A stretch of 63,931 bases of DNA, the filler included, from Octopus bimaculoides (taxonomy: Eukaryota): NCBI RefSeq assembly GCF_001194135.2. It is 7 parts of 6 records of this genome, joined end to end, with 100 filler letters (N's around TTAATTAATTAA, not from the genome) between each part and the next. Parts side by side here need not be neighbours in the genome. Positions count along the whole stretch, not along the records: positions 35,668 to 58,579 come from NC_068989.1; positions 58,680 to 60,417 come from NW_026420736.1; positions 60,518 to 63,931 come from NW_026315298.1; 4 more parts are not named here. One strand, 5' to 3'. Position numbers and translations under genes: made by a program. Below the pieces are notes generated by a model, which was not told where the DNA came from, ran no database searches, and was given only the letters and a program-made list of their open reading frames with translations. This document shows, in pieces, positions 52,312 to 63,850 of this stretch (the first letter of the stretch is position 1; each line of letters starts with the position of its first letter).

Positions 52312-53225
52312 GTTGTTTAACGTCTGTTTTCCATGCTTGTATGCAGCTGAAAACTGGGAAGTGGGGCAGTATGTGTGTGACATAATCGACTAGCTTCTTT
52401 CCCCAAAATTTCAGGCCTTGTACCTATAGTGCAGGGGTTCTCAACCATTTTTTTTTTGTTTTTAAGGGCCCCTTTAATTACTTTTTTTATTCTGGTGAAC
52501 TCTCCCCCATCTGTTACGATCAAACTAGTTTTATAGAAGCTTCTTTCAAAATTCCTATTTTGGTTTTTCTTACATTAACTCGTGTAGTTTCAACTACATA
52601 AAATGTTAGAGAAAGAAACCTAATTGTTTCTTACTATGCATAGAAATACATACATCTAAAGCAAAATATTTTTCAGGGGCCCTTAACATACTATTGTGTA
52701 TCCCCAATTTGCTGTTTTGTTGGTTGGAACCCCCCTACCCAATCTTATATGGACCCTTAGGGACTATATGGAAGACAGTTGAGAACCACTGCTATAGTAG
52801 AAAGAATTATTATTAAGATGGAATCGTTAGTGCGCCGGACGAAATGCTTAGCAGTTTTTTGCCCGTCACTGTGTTCTGAGTTAAAATTCTGCCGAGGTTG
52901 ACTTTTAAGTACCAGTTGAGTACCTGGGTCGATGTGATCATCTCCCTCCCCACAAAAATCCAGGCCTTGTGCCTAGAGTAGAAACGATTATTGTTAAGGC
53001 AGTAAGCTGGCAAAATCGTTAGCATGTTGGACGAAATGCTTAGTGGTATTTCGCCTGTCACTAATGTTCCAAGTTCAAATTCCTCTGAGGTTGATTTGGC
53101 CTTTCATTCTTTTGGGGGTTGATTAAACAAGTAACAGTTACACACTGGGGTCGATGTAATTGGCTTAACCCCTTCCCCCAAATTTCTCCCAAATTTCAGG
53201 CCTTGTGCCTACAGTAGAACGGATA
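49965..53225 (+). repeat. Head-to-tail array of about 13 diverged ~220-bp tRNA SINE units separated by (ATT)n
   Basis: Recurrent gctggcagaat...ttctgagttcaaatt...ctttcatcctttt...ggccttgtgcc...(att)n. Approximate unit starts: 49965, 50213, 50425, 50625, 50875, 51105, 51282, 51553, 51779, 52026, 52200, 52815, 52996. Confidence 0.9.
52432..52791. mobile_element. hAT-type MITE with 14-bp TIRs and 8-bp TSD
   Basis: TIRs CAGGGGTTCTCAAC / GTTGAGAACCACTG (13/14 match). TSD ctatagtg (52424-52431) / ctatagta (52792-52799). Confidence 0.88.
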
Positions 53226-53304
53226 ATTATTATTTTCATTATTATGTTGATATCTTATAATATCTTGGCCACCTTCACTTTGCCAGTTACTTATATAAAA
53301 CTAG

Positions 53305-53686
53305 TGGAGGCGCAATGGCCCAGTGGTTAGGGCAGCGGACTCGCGGCCATAGGATCGCAGTTTCGATTCCCAGACCAGGCGTTGTGAGTGTTTATTGAGT
53401 GAAAACACCTAAAGCTCCACAAGGCTCCGGCAGGGGATGGTGGCGAAACCTGCTGTACTCTTTCACCACAACTTTCTCTCACTCTTACTTCCTGTTTCTG
53501 TTGTGCCTGTAATTCAAAGGGTCAGCCTTGTCACACTGTGTCATGCTGAATATCCCCGAGTACTACATTAAGGGTACTCGGTGTCTGTGGAGTGTTCAGC
53601 CACTTGCACGTTAATTTCACGAGCAGGCTGTTCCATTGACGAGATCAAATGGAACCCTCGACGTTGTAAGCGACGGAGTGCCAACA
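53305..53686 (+). mobile_element. Full-length ~385-bp tRNA SINE with 12-bp TSD
   Basis: tggaggcgcaatggcccagtggttagggcagcggactcgcgg...; TSD atataaaactag at 53293-53304 and 53687-53698. Confidence 0.92.
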
Positions 53687-55273
53687 ATATAAAACTAGCA
53701 GCGATCTGCAATGTATGAATCTAAAATAGACAATTAAATGCCATCAGTTTCTCACTTGCTTTCTTTGGTGGGTGTATTAATTTAAAAAAAACAGGAAATT
53801 CAGTTTAATGGCAAAAGGAAAAAAAAAATCAGTTTTGATACTTTTACAAATTGAAGATGGTCTGTGTAGGCAAGAAAAGACAAAATTTGAGGAATTTTGC
53901 GAAGAGAAAATCTATCATGATTTGTTATTCTTTAACATTTTGGGGAGAAGAAATATATCTCAATGTGACATTTGTTATCTGAAAATATTTTCTATGTATT
54001 CTCTTCTTGGAACACTCATGTTTCTTAATTCTTTTACTCTTAGAGAATGGACATTTCTAGCCCTTCCTGTGGCAAACTGTTCCATGCAAGTGGAATTAAT
54101 AAAGCAATATTTTTTTCAGCTACTCTTCTTGAAAGCTTGAGAATCAGGTTTAGAATTTTGAAGTGAAATAAATGTTTTTTTTAATTGATTGATAGTCTGT
54201 TAGAAAATTTGGCTAAAATGTTATGTATAGCAGGGAAAATGTTAAGTCAATTGACATCGGAACGATTCAGAAGAAATTTTTAATTACCTTAATTAATTTT
54301 GAAAATGATTGATGACTTTTCATTTTTGGTTTTACATGTAATAACATGTTGAATTTTTATAATTAGTGGTAGTTAAGCCTGAAGTTAATTAGCATTTGTT
54401 AATTATATATTGCTACATCATTCTATCACACGTGTATATATTTTGAGTTGGTGTATAACCATAAGATATATATCCATGATAATTAAGAGCTCAATTAAGA
54501 AAACATCATTAAACTCCAGTACATTGTTATGGTGCCCAAATCCTGGTGGAATAAACTTACCTGTATATATAGAATTGGTTAAAATGATAGTTCAGAGCGA
54601 CATATCTACAATAAACAGCAGAAATACATAAGTTTCACATATAATTCGTCATTCATTTGTGCTCTACAGCTGTTTCAGTGGGATATATATATATGAGAGC
54701 GACAGAGACAGGCAAGCACATAAGTGCAAAATTAGATGGGGAAAATAGTTGAATACCAAAGATAGAATAAAATAGTATTTAATTAAACCCGAAAAGACTT
54801 CACAAAATGCTATTCAGAGTGTCGCGTAACCAGTCTTAGTTTATTTGTATGAGGTGAGGGCTAGGCATACGTAGAGAACCATTGGCTGGTAGTTTATTTT
54901 GAGAAGAAAATACAATTGAAATTTGAAGTTTCTGAGGTTAAATGGTGGATTGAATACAGTTGCAAGTATTAACTCCAAAGTCAGTTGTTTGGAATATCAT
55001 TCTTCAAAAAGAAATACTTGAAAACATCCATGTTATCAGATTGCTGCTGCAAGGTCGCATTGTAAGCATGTAACTGCTGTTTTACTTAAGGTAGTACAGA
55101 TTATGGAAAAAGGGTTTATTTGGGAAAAAATATATTTTATTTATATTTAACATGTCATAATAAAGTTTTGTACTTTAAATTCAAATTTTGTTTATGAATT
55201 CTTTTGAATTAACCATTTAACAAATGCATTTTCTCCCAACCTTGTAGCATTTTTTTTAAAACAGCTCTCCACA

Positions 55274-56200
55274 CCTTGTGAAGAATGCCTACACATATAC
55301 ATACCAAGAGGGTTTGAACGAAATAATAGCAACGCCACTTTTTGTTATTTGACTAATTTTTCTATTGGTAATATAACAAATTCCGAAGGCGGCGAGCTGG
55401 GCAGAATTGTTAGCAATTTACCGGTATTTCGTCCGACTTAACGTTCTGAGTTCAAATTCCCCCAAGGTCGACTTTGCCTTTCATCATTTTGGGGTCGATA
55501 AATTAAATACCAGTTGTGTACTGGGTCGATCCAACTAGCTCACTCCCCTAAAATTTCGGGCCTTGTGCCTAGAGTAGAAAAGATTATTATTAAGGCAGCG
55601 AACTGGCAGAATCGAAAGCGCGCCGGATGAAATGCTTAGCGGTATTTCGCCCGTCGCTACGTTCTGAGTTCAAATTCCGCCGAGGTTGACTTTGCCTTTC
55701 TTCCTTTCGGGGTCGATAAATTAAGTACAAGTTACGCATTGAGGTCGATCTAATCGACTGGTCCCCACTCCCCAAATTTCGGGCCTTGTGCTGAGAGTAG
55801 AAAAAATTATGTTGATGTTTTATATTTTGGCTACCTTCATTTTGCCAATTACTCATATAAAACTAGCAGCGATCTGCAATGTATGAATCTAAAATAGACA
55901 ACCTTTTGAAGAATACCTACATATATACATACTAAGAGGGGTTGAACGAAATAATAGCAACGCTACTTTTTGTTATTTGGTTAATTTTTCTATTGATAAT
56001 ATAACAAAATTCAGAAGGCTGCGAGCTGGCAGAGTTGTTAGTAGCACGCCGGGCAAAATCCTTTGCGGTATTTCGTCCATCTTTACGTTTTGAGTTCGAA
56101 TTCTGCCAGGGTCGACTTTGCCTTATAAGTACCAGTTGAGCACTGGGGTGATATAATCAATCTCTCCACCGAAATTGCTGGCTTTGTGCCAAAATTTGAA
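55274..56200 (+). repeat. Local ~628-bp tandem duplication containing ~220-bp SINE copies
   Basis: cctt.tgaagaat.cctac...gaacgaaataatagcaacgc...gagctgg starts at 55274 and again at 55902. Confidence 0.85.
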
Positions 56201-56323
56201 AGCAATTTCCAAATTCAAAGCTGTTCAAGTCTGTACATATGCGTTCACATACATTATGTAGGCTTTGTACTTCAAGATACAACCCACTGTTATTCTTTGT
56301 TTGCAGATTTATATATTTAAATA

Positions 56324-57175
56324 CGAGGAGGTACCCAAATGTAACCAGAAACGTTCTCCTGGGGACAAACCCGTTGTAGTTCAGGCTTCCACCGCTAGAA
56401 CCTACTTTATGCAACACTCAGGTACCAGTCTACCGACCGGCATCGTCGTGTATGATCGTACTTCCACGTGGTTCGACTTTGTTTTGCAGTCCTTCGTGAA
56501 ATTCTGTTTTCTGCTGGGGTAAACGGCGGCCGAAACAGTTGTCATGCTTCAAACAACTTACAAGAACGCTGTCATGAGCAAAACAAGTTTACGAGTGATT
56601 TTCACGATTTAGGAACGGTCACTTGTCCATTGAAGACCAACGTCGTTCAGGACAACCGTCGACCTCCCGAACGATTGAAATCATCAAGAAAATTCATGAA
56701 CTGATCTTGGAGGACTGTCACTGAAGAATTGACGAACTTTTTGATATGACTAGTGTGTCCTGGAGCTCCTGCCAACAAATTTTGAGCGAGGAATTGCGAA
56801 TGAAAAGAGTTGCAGTAAGATTTGTGCCTCACTTTCGCATGGAAGATCAAAAGCTGTCACGACTGAACGCGTATCGTGAATTGAAAGAACAGTTGGAAGT
56901 TGATCCGGTTCTTTTTTCGGAGATCATTACTAGTGACGAAAGCTGGTGCTCCGGAATTTTCAGATGTGGAAGAGGTGAAGAAGAAAACGATGGAGGCGTT
57001 AAAAGGCATCACTTCGCAAGAGTTCTAGGATTGATTCCAACAGTGGAAAACGTGTCCGGATCGATGCATTGCTTCAAATAGAAAATACGTTGTAGGTGAT
57101 AAAAAGTGTAAACATGTAAAACTAAGTGAATAAAATAACATGGCGAAATTCCGGTTTCTTTTGGGTACTCCCTCA
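56324..57175 (+). mobile_element. Internally deleted mariner element with both TIRs and TA TSD
   Basis: TA|cgaggaggtacccaaatgtaaccagaa ... ttccggtttcttttgggtactccctca|TA. Frameshifted transposase: FVKFC...KTAAET...EELRMKRVAVRFVP...IITSDESWC, jumping to FSDVEEVKKKTMEALK...CFQQWK..DRCI. Confidence 0.9.
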
Positions 57176-57289
57176 TAAGTTAAAATGCATGACCAATATG
57201 ATTTCCAAAAGGTGCACAGATTACTGGAACCTGAAACACTAAAACCACTGAATTGTTTTATGTTTCGAGAAACGTAGTCTCTAAAATCA

Positions 57290-58030
57290 CGTACACATTC
57301 CAAAACGAAGTTTTGGCAAGCATCACTCTGGACGGAAGGCAAAGCTCAGAGAAGGACCACAGGATAGTGAAATGCGTTGTGTCTAAAAGCAATCGGACTA
57401 CGGCTGCATAAGCGCTGGCAAAGCTAAACCACCATGTGCCAACCCTATGTCAACCAAAGCCGTTCGTTGCGAGCTCCATAGAGGTGGATACCGTGAGAAG
57501 GCTGCAATTGCTGAAACCTCTCTTGTCCCCTATCAACAATGAGAAGCAGAGGGAAAAAAATGGTGTGCAAACTACCAGAAGTGGTCAATGGCTCACTGGA
57601 ATAATGTCATTTCTGGAGAATCATTATTCATCTTTTTTCTCTCGACATCGGAGTTCCCTACCGTGAAGTATGGAGGTAGCTCTGTGCTGATTTAGGCAGC
57701 GATATCACTGAATTCTCTTTAGCCCATTATGTGTTCTACATCGCAGAGTTAATGCCAAGGATTATCTGAGTATTTTGGCTGATTATGTCCATCCTGTGGT
57801 ACAAATATTATTCCATGATGGTAACACATTCTCCTGGAAAAATAATGTGCCGATTCGCGCGGCTAATGTTATTTAAAATTGTTACGAAGAGCACAAAAGT
57901 GAAGAAGACCACTTAGGTTACTCCACTCCTACTTCCGATTACGGACCTCAATATAATTGAAACCTTTATGGCGCATTTTGCTGCAGGAACTGAGGAGCTG
58001 CTCCTTTCCACCATCTTCACTGAAATAATT
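57290..58030 (+). mobile_element. Decayed Tc1-like transposase
   Basis: HSGRK.KL...RTTAA...ELHRGGYR..AAI..PLL; WNNVISGES; VKYGGSSVLI*AAIS; PDLNIIE.LWRIL (Tc1 HTH and DDE motifs). Confidence 0.85.
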
Positions 58031-58250
58031 GCTAAAAAATCCTCCTAACAACACTATTTATTATTATGGTTGTGTTCCAACCAACCCGGGCTGTAGCAAC
58101 AAGGTCCACCCGCCACACTTCTGGATCCAACATCACAGCTTCGAGATCCTGGACACATTTCAGGCCACGTCTGCATTCAAGTTGTCGATGTAAATTTGAC
58201 GACATTTTCCTCTTCTGTAAGTTTGACAACATTTTCATCACCATGAAGTG
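58030..58250 (-). mobile_element. RTE-like LINE 3' terminal fragment
   Basis: Minus-strand ...RGLKCVQDLEAVMLDPEVW..., followed by a (taa) tail. Confidence 0.5.
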
Positions 58251-58471
58251 GGTTCCACAAGACTAATTTGGACGTATTAAAGCTTGATGTATTAAAGCTG
58301 TGATTGATACCAAATATTGACCAAATCTGTATTAAATAAAACTTCTATTCAACTAGGTATTTCCAGCATTTTGTTCAACAACTGTACCTATCTAAACCCT
58401 CAAAATGTATATGCATGTATGTGCGTGAGTGTGCGTATGTATATATATTTTATACATGTATATGCGCGCGC

Positions 58472-58510
<39 letters not shown>

Positions 58511-58548
58511 TGCGCATATATGTATATAAATATATACATACGCACACT

Positions 58549-58579
<31 letters not shown>

Positions 58580-60183
58580 NNNNNNNNNNNNNNNNNNNNN
58601 NNNNNNNNNNNNNNNNNNNNNNNTTAATTAATTAANNNNNNNNNNNNNNNNNNNNNNNNNNNNNNNNNNNNNNNNNNNNAAAAAAAAAAAAAAAATGAAA
58701 ATAATGCAAAAATATCTTCTAAATATTCTTTTTCAAATACCTCTAAGGGTTAAATAATTATTGGAATGTATGGAGACAAACAAACACACATACATGTACT
58801 AAAATATTAACTCAAAATAGACTCCTTAATCTTGAATATAAGTATATTAAGGAAATTAACTTTTTAGTGGTTGTCATGGTGACAGAAGACCTGGCACCTT
58901 CCTTAATCTCTGCTACTGAATGCTGTTAGTAAAAAACAGCAAAAGCAAAAGAACTCCAAGCAGCACCAAGACAATAATAACCTAACTCTGACCAAATAGC
59001 CTCCACTTTTGTTTACCGCCGCCAGCGGCTAAATATGCATGTCTCCAGAATTAAAAATATTTTACTTTTTTTTTTCTTTGCGGCAGGAAGGGAGTGGGAG
59101 GGGGATTATATATCAGGGAGTGCTGTAGAAAGTAAAAAGGAAAAAAAAAAAAGACTACCACTCATTACACACTTATGAACCAAACATGATAGAAAAATGT
59201 CTGTTTGTTTTAGTTCATCTGAACTTCAGGATATAGAGAAGACAGTCTTATGCTGGTTTTGTTTTTTTTTTTTTTAATTCATTTAATCCTTTTCTTTTTC
59301 CTTTTTCTTCTAGATGTTTTAGTCCTGAAAGACTTGTTGTAACATAATTTTGGTATTAATAAATTTATTTTGATTGAGTTTTTTTTTATATATATTATTT
59401 TCAATGCCCAAATAATAAAAAATCTCATATAATCATATCGATAACAACTGATTTAACAAAAGAAAAAAAAAAAAAAAAAAAAAAAANNNNNNNNNNNNNN
59501 NNNNNNNNNNNNNNNNNNNNNNNNNNNNNNNNNNNNNNNNNNNNNNNNNNNNNNNNNNNNNNNNNNNNNNNNNNNNNNNNNNNNNNNNNNNNNNNNNNNN
59601 NNNNNNNNNNNNNNNNNNNNNNNNNNNNNNNNNNNNNNNNNNNNNNNNNNNNNNNNNNNNNNNNNNNNNNNNNNNNNNNNNNNNNNNNNNNNNNNNNNNN
59701 NNNNNNNNNNNNNNNNNNNNNNNNNNNNNNNNNNNNNNNNNNNNNNNNNNNNNNNNNNNNNNNNNNNNNNNNNNNNNNNNNNNNNNNNNNNNNNNNNNNN
59801 NNNNNNNNNNNNNNNNNNNNNNNNNNNNNNNNNNNNNNNNNNNNNNNNNNNNNNNNNNNNNNNNNNNNNNNNNNNNNNNNNNNNNNNNNNNNNNNNNNNN
59901 NNNNNNNNNNNNNNNNNNNNNNNNNNNNNNNNNNNNNNNNNNNNNNNNNNNNNNNNNNNNNNNNNNNNNNNNNNNNNNNNNNNNNNNNNNNNNNNNNNNN
60001 NNNNNNNNNNNNNNNNNNNNNNNNNNNNNNNNNNNNNNNNNNNNNNNNNNNNNNNNNNNNNNNNNNNNNNNNNNNNNNNNNNNNNNNNNNNNNNNNNNNN
60101 NNNNNNNNNNNNNNNNNNNNNNNNNNNNNNNNNNNNNNNNNNNNNNNNNNNNNNNNNNNNNNNNNNNNNNNNNNNNNNNNNNT

Positions 60184-60417
60184 TATTTGTTTCAGTCATT
60201 TGACTGCAGCCATGCTGGAGCACCGCCTTTAGTCAAGCAAATCGTCCCCAGGACTTATTCTTTGTAAGCCTAGTACTTATTCTATTGGTCACTTTTGCCG
60301 AACCGCTAATGTTACGGGGACGTAAGCATTCCACCATCGGTTGTCAAGCGATGCTGGAGGGACAAACACAGACACTTGCCCAAGGTGCCACGCAGTGGGA
60401 CTGAATCCGGAACCATG
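60184..60417 (-). mobile_element. CORE-type tRNA SINE with internal deletion
   Basis: Family match, between two gaps. Confidence 0.85.
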
Positions 60418-61059
60418 NNNNNNNNNNNNNNNNNNNNNNNNNNNNNNNNNNNNNNNNNNNNTTAATTAATTAANNNNNNNNNNNNNNNNNNNNNNNNNNN
60501 NNNNNNNNNNNNNNNNNTGGTGAGGATGATGGTGGTGTTGGTGGTGATGGTGATGATGGTGATAATGATGATGATGGTGATGACAACGATGACGATGACA
60601 ATGATGATGACAATGATGGTGATGATGATGGTAAAGCATTTATGGTGTACAATCAGAACTTTGGAGTAGTGTACACACACACACACATTATTAAGGTCTT
60701 AAATACTGGATTTTTGTACCTTTGACCAAAGCAAAAGGATTAAATCCAATAATAGCAAAAGCAACAAGAAAACTCTCACACCTTGTGCCTCCCCAACGAA
60801 AGAGAAACACCTACAGGCTTGTTTCCAAAGTTCTTCATGCATGAATAAATTATTTATTTTCAGTTTGGTTCAATGGCTGTAAAACCCCTAAAAACAGATC
60901 AAGAAAGGTGACATTTTTATGCCGTAGCTTAGATATAGAGCTTTCCAAGAAAGCATAGCATGCCAAGATCAGATGATAATCAAGGTGTACACAAATAATT
61001 AAATGAACAAATGAAATTAAACATTTGTTTTTCAATCAACATATATGTAGTGAAACTAA

Positions 61060-61310
61060 CACCTCGATCGCCATTACATACAAAACTACCTATCGCCATT
61101 AGATACAAAACTGCTATCGCCATTCTTCTCATTTAAATATAAACAAACGCGAACGTAGCGGAAAACATTAACCTTGTCATCACGTGACTGATCATTATTC
61201 GAATCGGCAACTTCTTCGAACCGTTCCCGCCAGAACGCAAACTGACCAATCACAGCCCTTAATAAGGTCACGTGATAGAGTATATTTCTGATATCTGGTG
61301 AGCCAATAAT
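61060..61310. promoter_or_regulatory. CpG-rich, promoter-like motif cluster
   Basis: Three ATCGCCATT in ~25-bp tandem units (61067, 61092, 61116); CACGTG at 61181 and 61269 (tcacgtgac and gtcacgtga); CCAAT at 61246 and 61303. Confidence 0.5.
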
Positions 61311-61494
61311 NNNNNNNNNNNNNNNNNNNNNNNNNNNNNNNNNNNNNNNNNNNNNNNNNNNNNNNNNNNNNNNNNNNNNNNNNNNNNNNNNNNNNNNNNN
61401 NNNNNNNNNNNNNNNNNNNNNNNNNNNNNNNNNNNNNNNNNNNNNNNNNNNNNNNNNNNNNNNNNNNNNNNNNNNNNNNNNNNNNNNNNNNNNN

Positions 61495-62236
61495 GACTAC
61501 TAACCAGCACCATCGTCATGACCAACACGATTACTACCAAGCAGCCTCTACACCACCAGCGTCACACGACTTACTATGTACACCAAACCACCTCTCTCTC
61601 TTCGATTCTGTTAGGTGACTTAGCTTCACCACTATAATAAACAGACAAGAGATTTCAGCCTGCGATAAACGTCTGTCCTCAAGGCCCTGGCATCGAAGCC
61701 AAAACACAACTAGTGATAAGCTCTGCCAAACGACGAACATCTGTATAACAAGAATCACGGCCCGGCATCGATGCCACGACATCACAACTAGTGATCAGCC
61801 CTGCCACACTCAGCCTCCCCAACTTCGCATACAGAACTTTTCCTATAGTGTACATAAGAACTGGTATAAAATTGCTCACGTGTTATTGACTCTCTTTCTA
61901 TTTGCTGTAATATTTCACATACACACACATGTATCACTCACATACACACTTTTCTTTGTATGATGGCCTGTCTTTGATTATGTTCTTATATGTCGCATTC
62001 ACACTCTCACACAGACATACATCTTTAACGCCATAATAAATATTTCTGTTATTCATCTAATACGGTTGTGGTCTTTCATTGCTGATCACATATGTTATCG
62101 TCGTATAACATACTATGTATATCATCTTCGATATATTTTGTGTTCGACCGTGTGACGCGTTTAAATAAAAGGAGTCCTCTGTTTTTCCATCCGTCACCAT
62201 TTCTCCTTTATGAGTTCGCACGGTCGTTCCCTTACA
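61495..62236 (+). mobile_element. Probable solo LTR (5' end in gap)
   Basis: Non-coding and CpG-containing; TATA-like ggtataaaa; AATAAA at ~62035 and ~62165; terminates ...cccttACA. Confidence 0.45.
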
Positions 62237-62346
62237 TATACTTTATTTGCTGAACAAAAAGTATTGAATGACTCAAAAAGGTATAGTATAGCATTGGTAT
62301 CATGCCAAGATCAGATGATGATCAAAGTGTACTACCCTGGCTGGGC

Positions 62347-63850
62347 TTACTCCATCACCTCAGTGTAATGCTGGTTGCCCTTCATAAACATCAGCCTCTC
62401 AAAGTTACCATCTGACAGAGTGGCTCCTTTGGCCCTCAAAATATCTTTGCCTATAGAGAATAAGTGCTCAACTGCAGCACTGGTTGGGATGGTGGTGTTA
62501 TACTTGGTAAACAGGTCAATCCAGACCCTCTTACCCAAAAAGGCTACTTCAATCAAGCCTTCNNNNNNNNNNNNNNNNNNNNNNNNNNNNNNNNNNNNNN
62601 NNNNNNNNNNNNNNNNNNNNNNNNNNNNNNNNNNNNNNNNNNNNNNNNNNNNNNNNNNNNNNNNNNNNNNNNNNNNNNNNNNNNNNNNNNNNNNNNNNNN
62701 NNNNNNNNNNNNNNNNNNNNNNNNNNNNNNNNNNNNNNNNNNNNNNNNNNNNNNNNNNNNNNNNNNNNNNNNNNNNNNNNNNNNNNNNNNNNNNNNNNNN
62801 NNNNNNNNNNNNNNNNNNNNNNNNNNNNNNNNNNNNNNNNNNNNNNNNNNNNNNNNNNNNNNNNNNNNNNNNNNNNNNNNNNNNNNNNNNNNNNNNNNNN
62901 NNNNNNNNNNNNNNNNNNNNNNNNNNNNNNNNNNNNNNNNNNNNNNNNNNNNNNNNNNNNNNNNNNNNNNNNNNNNNNNNNNNNNNNNNNNNNNNNNNNN
63001 NNNNNNNNNNNNNNNNNNNNNNNNNNNNNNNNNNNNNNNNNNNNNNNNNNNNNNNNNNNNNNNNNNNNNNNNNNNNNNNNNNNNNNNNNNNNNNNNNNNN
63101 NNNNNNNNNNNNNNNNNNNNNNNNNNNNNNNNNNNNNNNNNNNNNNNNNNNNNNNNNNNNNNNNNNNNNNNNNNNNNNNNNNNNNNNNNNNNNNNNNNNN
63201 NNNNNNNNNNNNNNNNNNNNNNNNNNNNNNNNNNNNNNNNNNAAGGCTCCCACGATCAACCTGGTCCTCCCACTGCATTTTATCCAAGGCCTTGGTAACA
63301 TTGGACATTACCTGGGCATACTCTGTCAGGAAGACAACATCAGAATCAGTGAAGGTCTGCAGCTTCAGCTGTGTCATCACCTTGTGGAGAGTTACCCTAT
63401 TCTTCTTCAGCAGGTTTTTGAGGGCAACAGCGTCATAGGTAGAGTTCCAGGACCACTGACTTCCTTCAGAATGCTGTCTGCTGCCTCTGTGCTGTGAGTC
63501 TGCCCAACCTTGGGATCCATGTCCAGGTCCTCGTCCTCAACGCCCTCCTTGTCTAGATCGGTAGCAGTCTCAGGAGTGTTTGGAAAGGATTCAGTTTCTG
63601 TACCAAACTGCATAAATGCCTTAACAAAGTTTTTGCCATCGTCCATCGTGGTCCTGGTCACCTTGTCTTGCAGATGCAACTTGTAATGGATGTCCACCAT
63701 GGCTAGATGTGATGTCTTCTGAGCTGAGGGAAGGCCAGGATAGCATGTTGTCTCATGCAGGTCTTGGAGTTCAGCCAGTGTGCAGTCATCCCCAGGTAGG
63801 ACCTGTTGTGGGCTGACCAACAGTCCGTGGTGGTCATCATCCATTGGACA
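62347..63850 (-). mobile_element. hAT transposase remnant (gap in the middle)
   Basis: KVTRTTMDDGKNFVKAF (RNase H-like TTDNGSNF motif); FLTEYAQVMSNVTKALDKMQWE; YNTTIPTSAAVEHLFSIGKDILRAK...LSDGNFERLMFMKGN (hAT dimerization domain). Confidence 0.9.

Noticed and set aside
49965-53225. CRISPR-like or tRNA gene array
   Set aside because: Units are ~220-bp diverged SINEs with microsatellite spacers; there are no short identical repeats with unique spacers and no intact cloverleafs.
55020-55085. Minus-strand exon LHAYNATLQQQSDNMDVF, phase-compatible with 54561-54605
   Set aside because: Weak acceptor, and the plus strand has a more recognisable SWIM-like CKH motif.
58860-60840. Hydrophobic minus-strand frames near 58900 and 60750
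   Set aside because: They could not be joined into a stop-free spliced model and no family was recognised.
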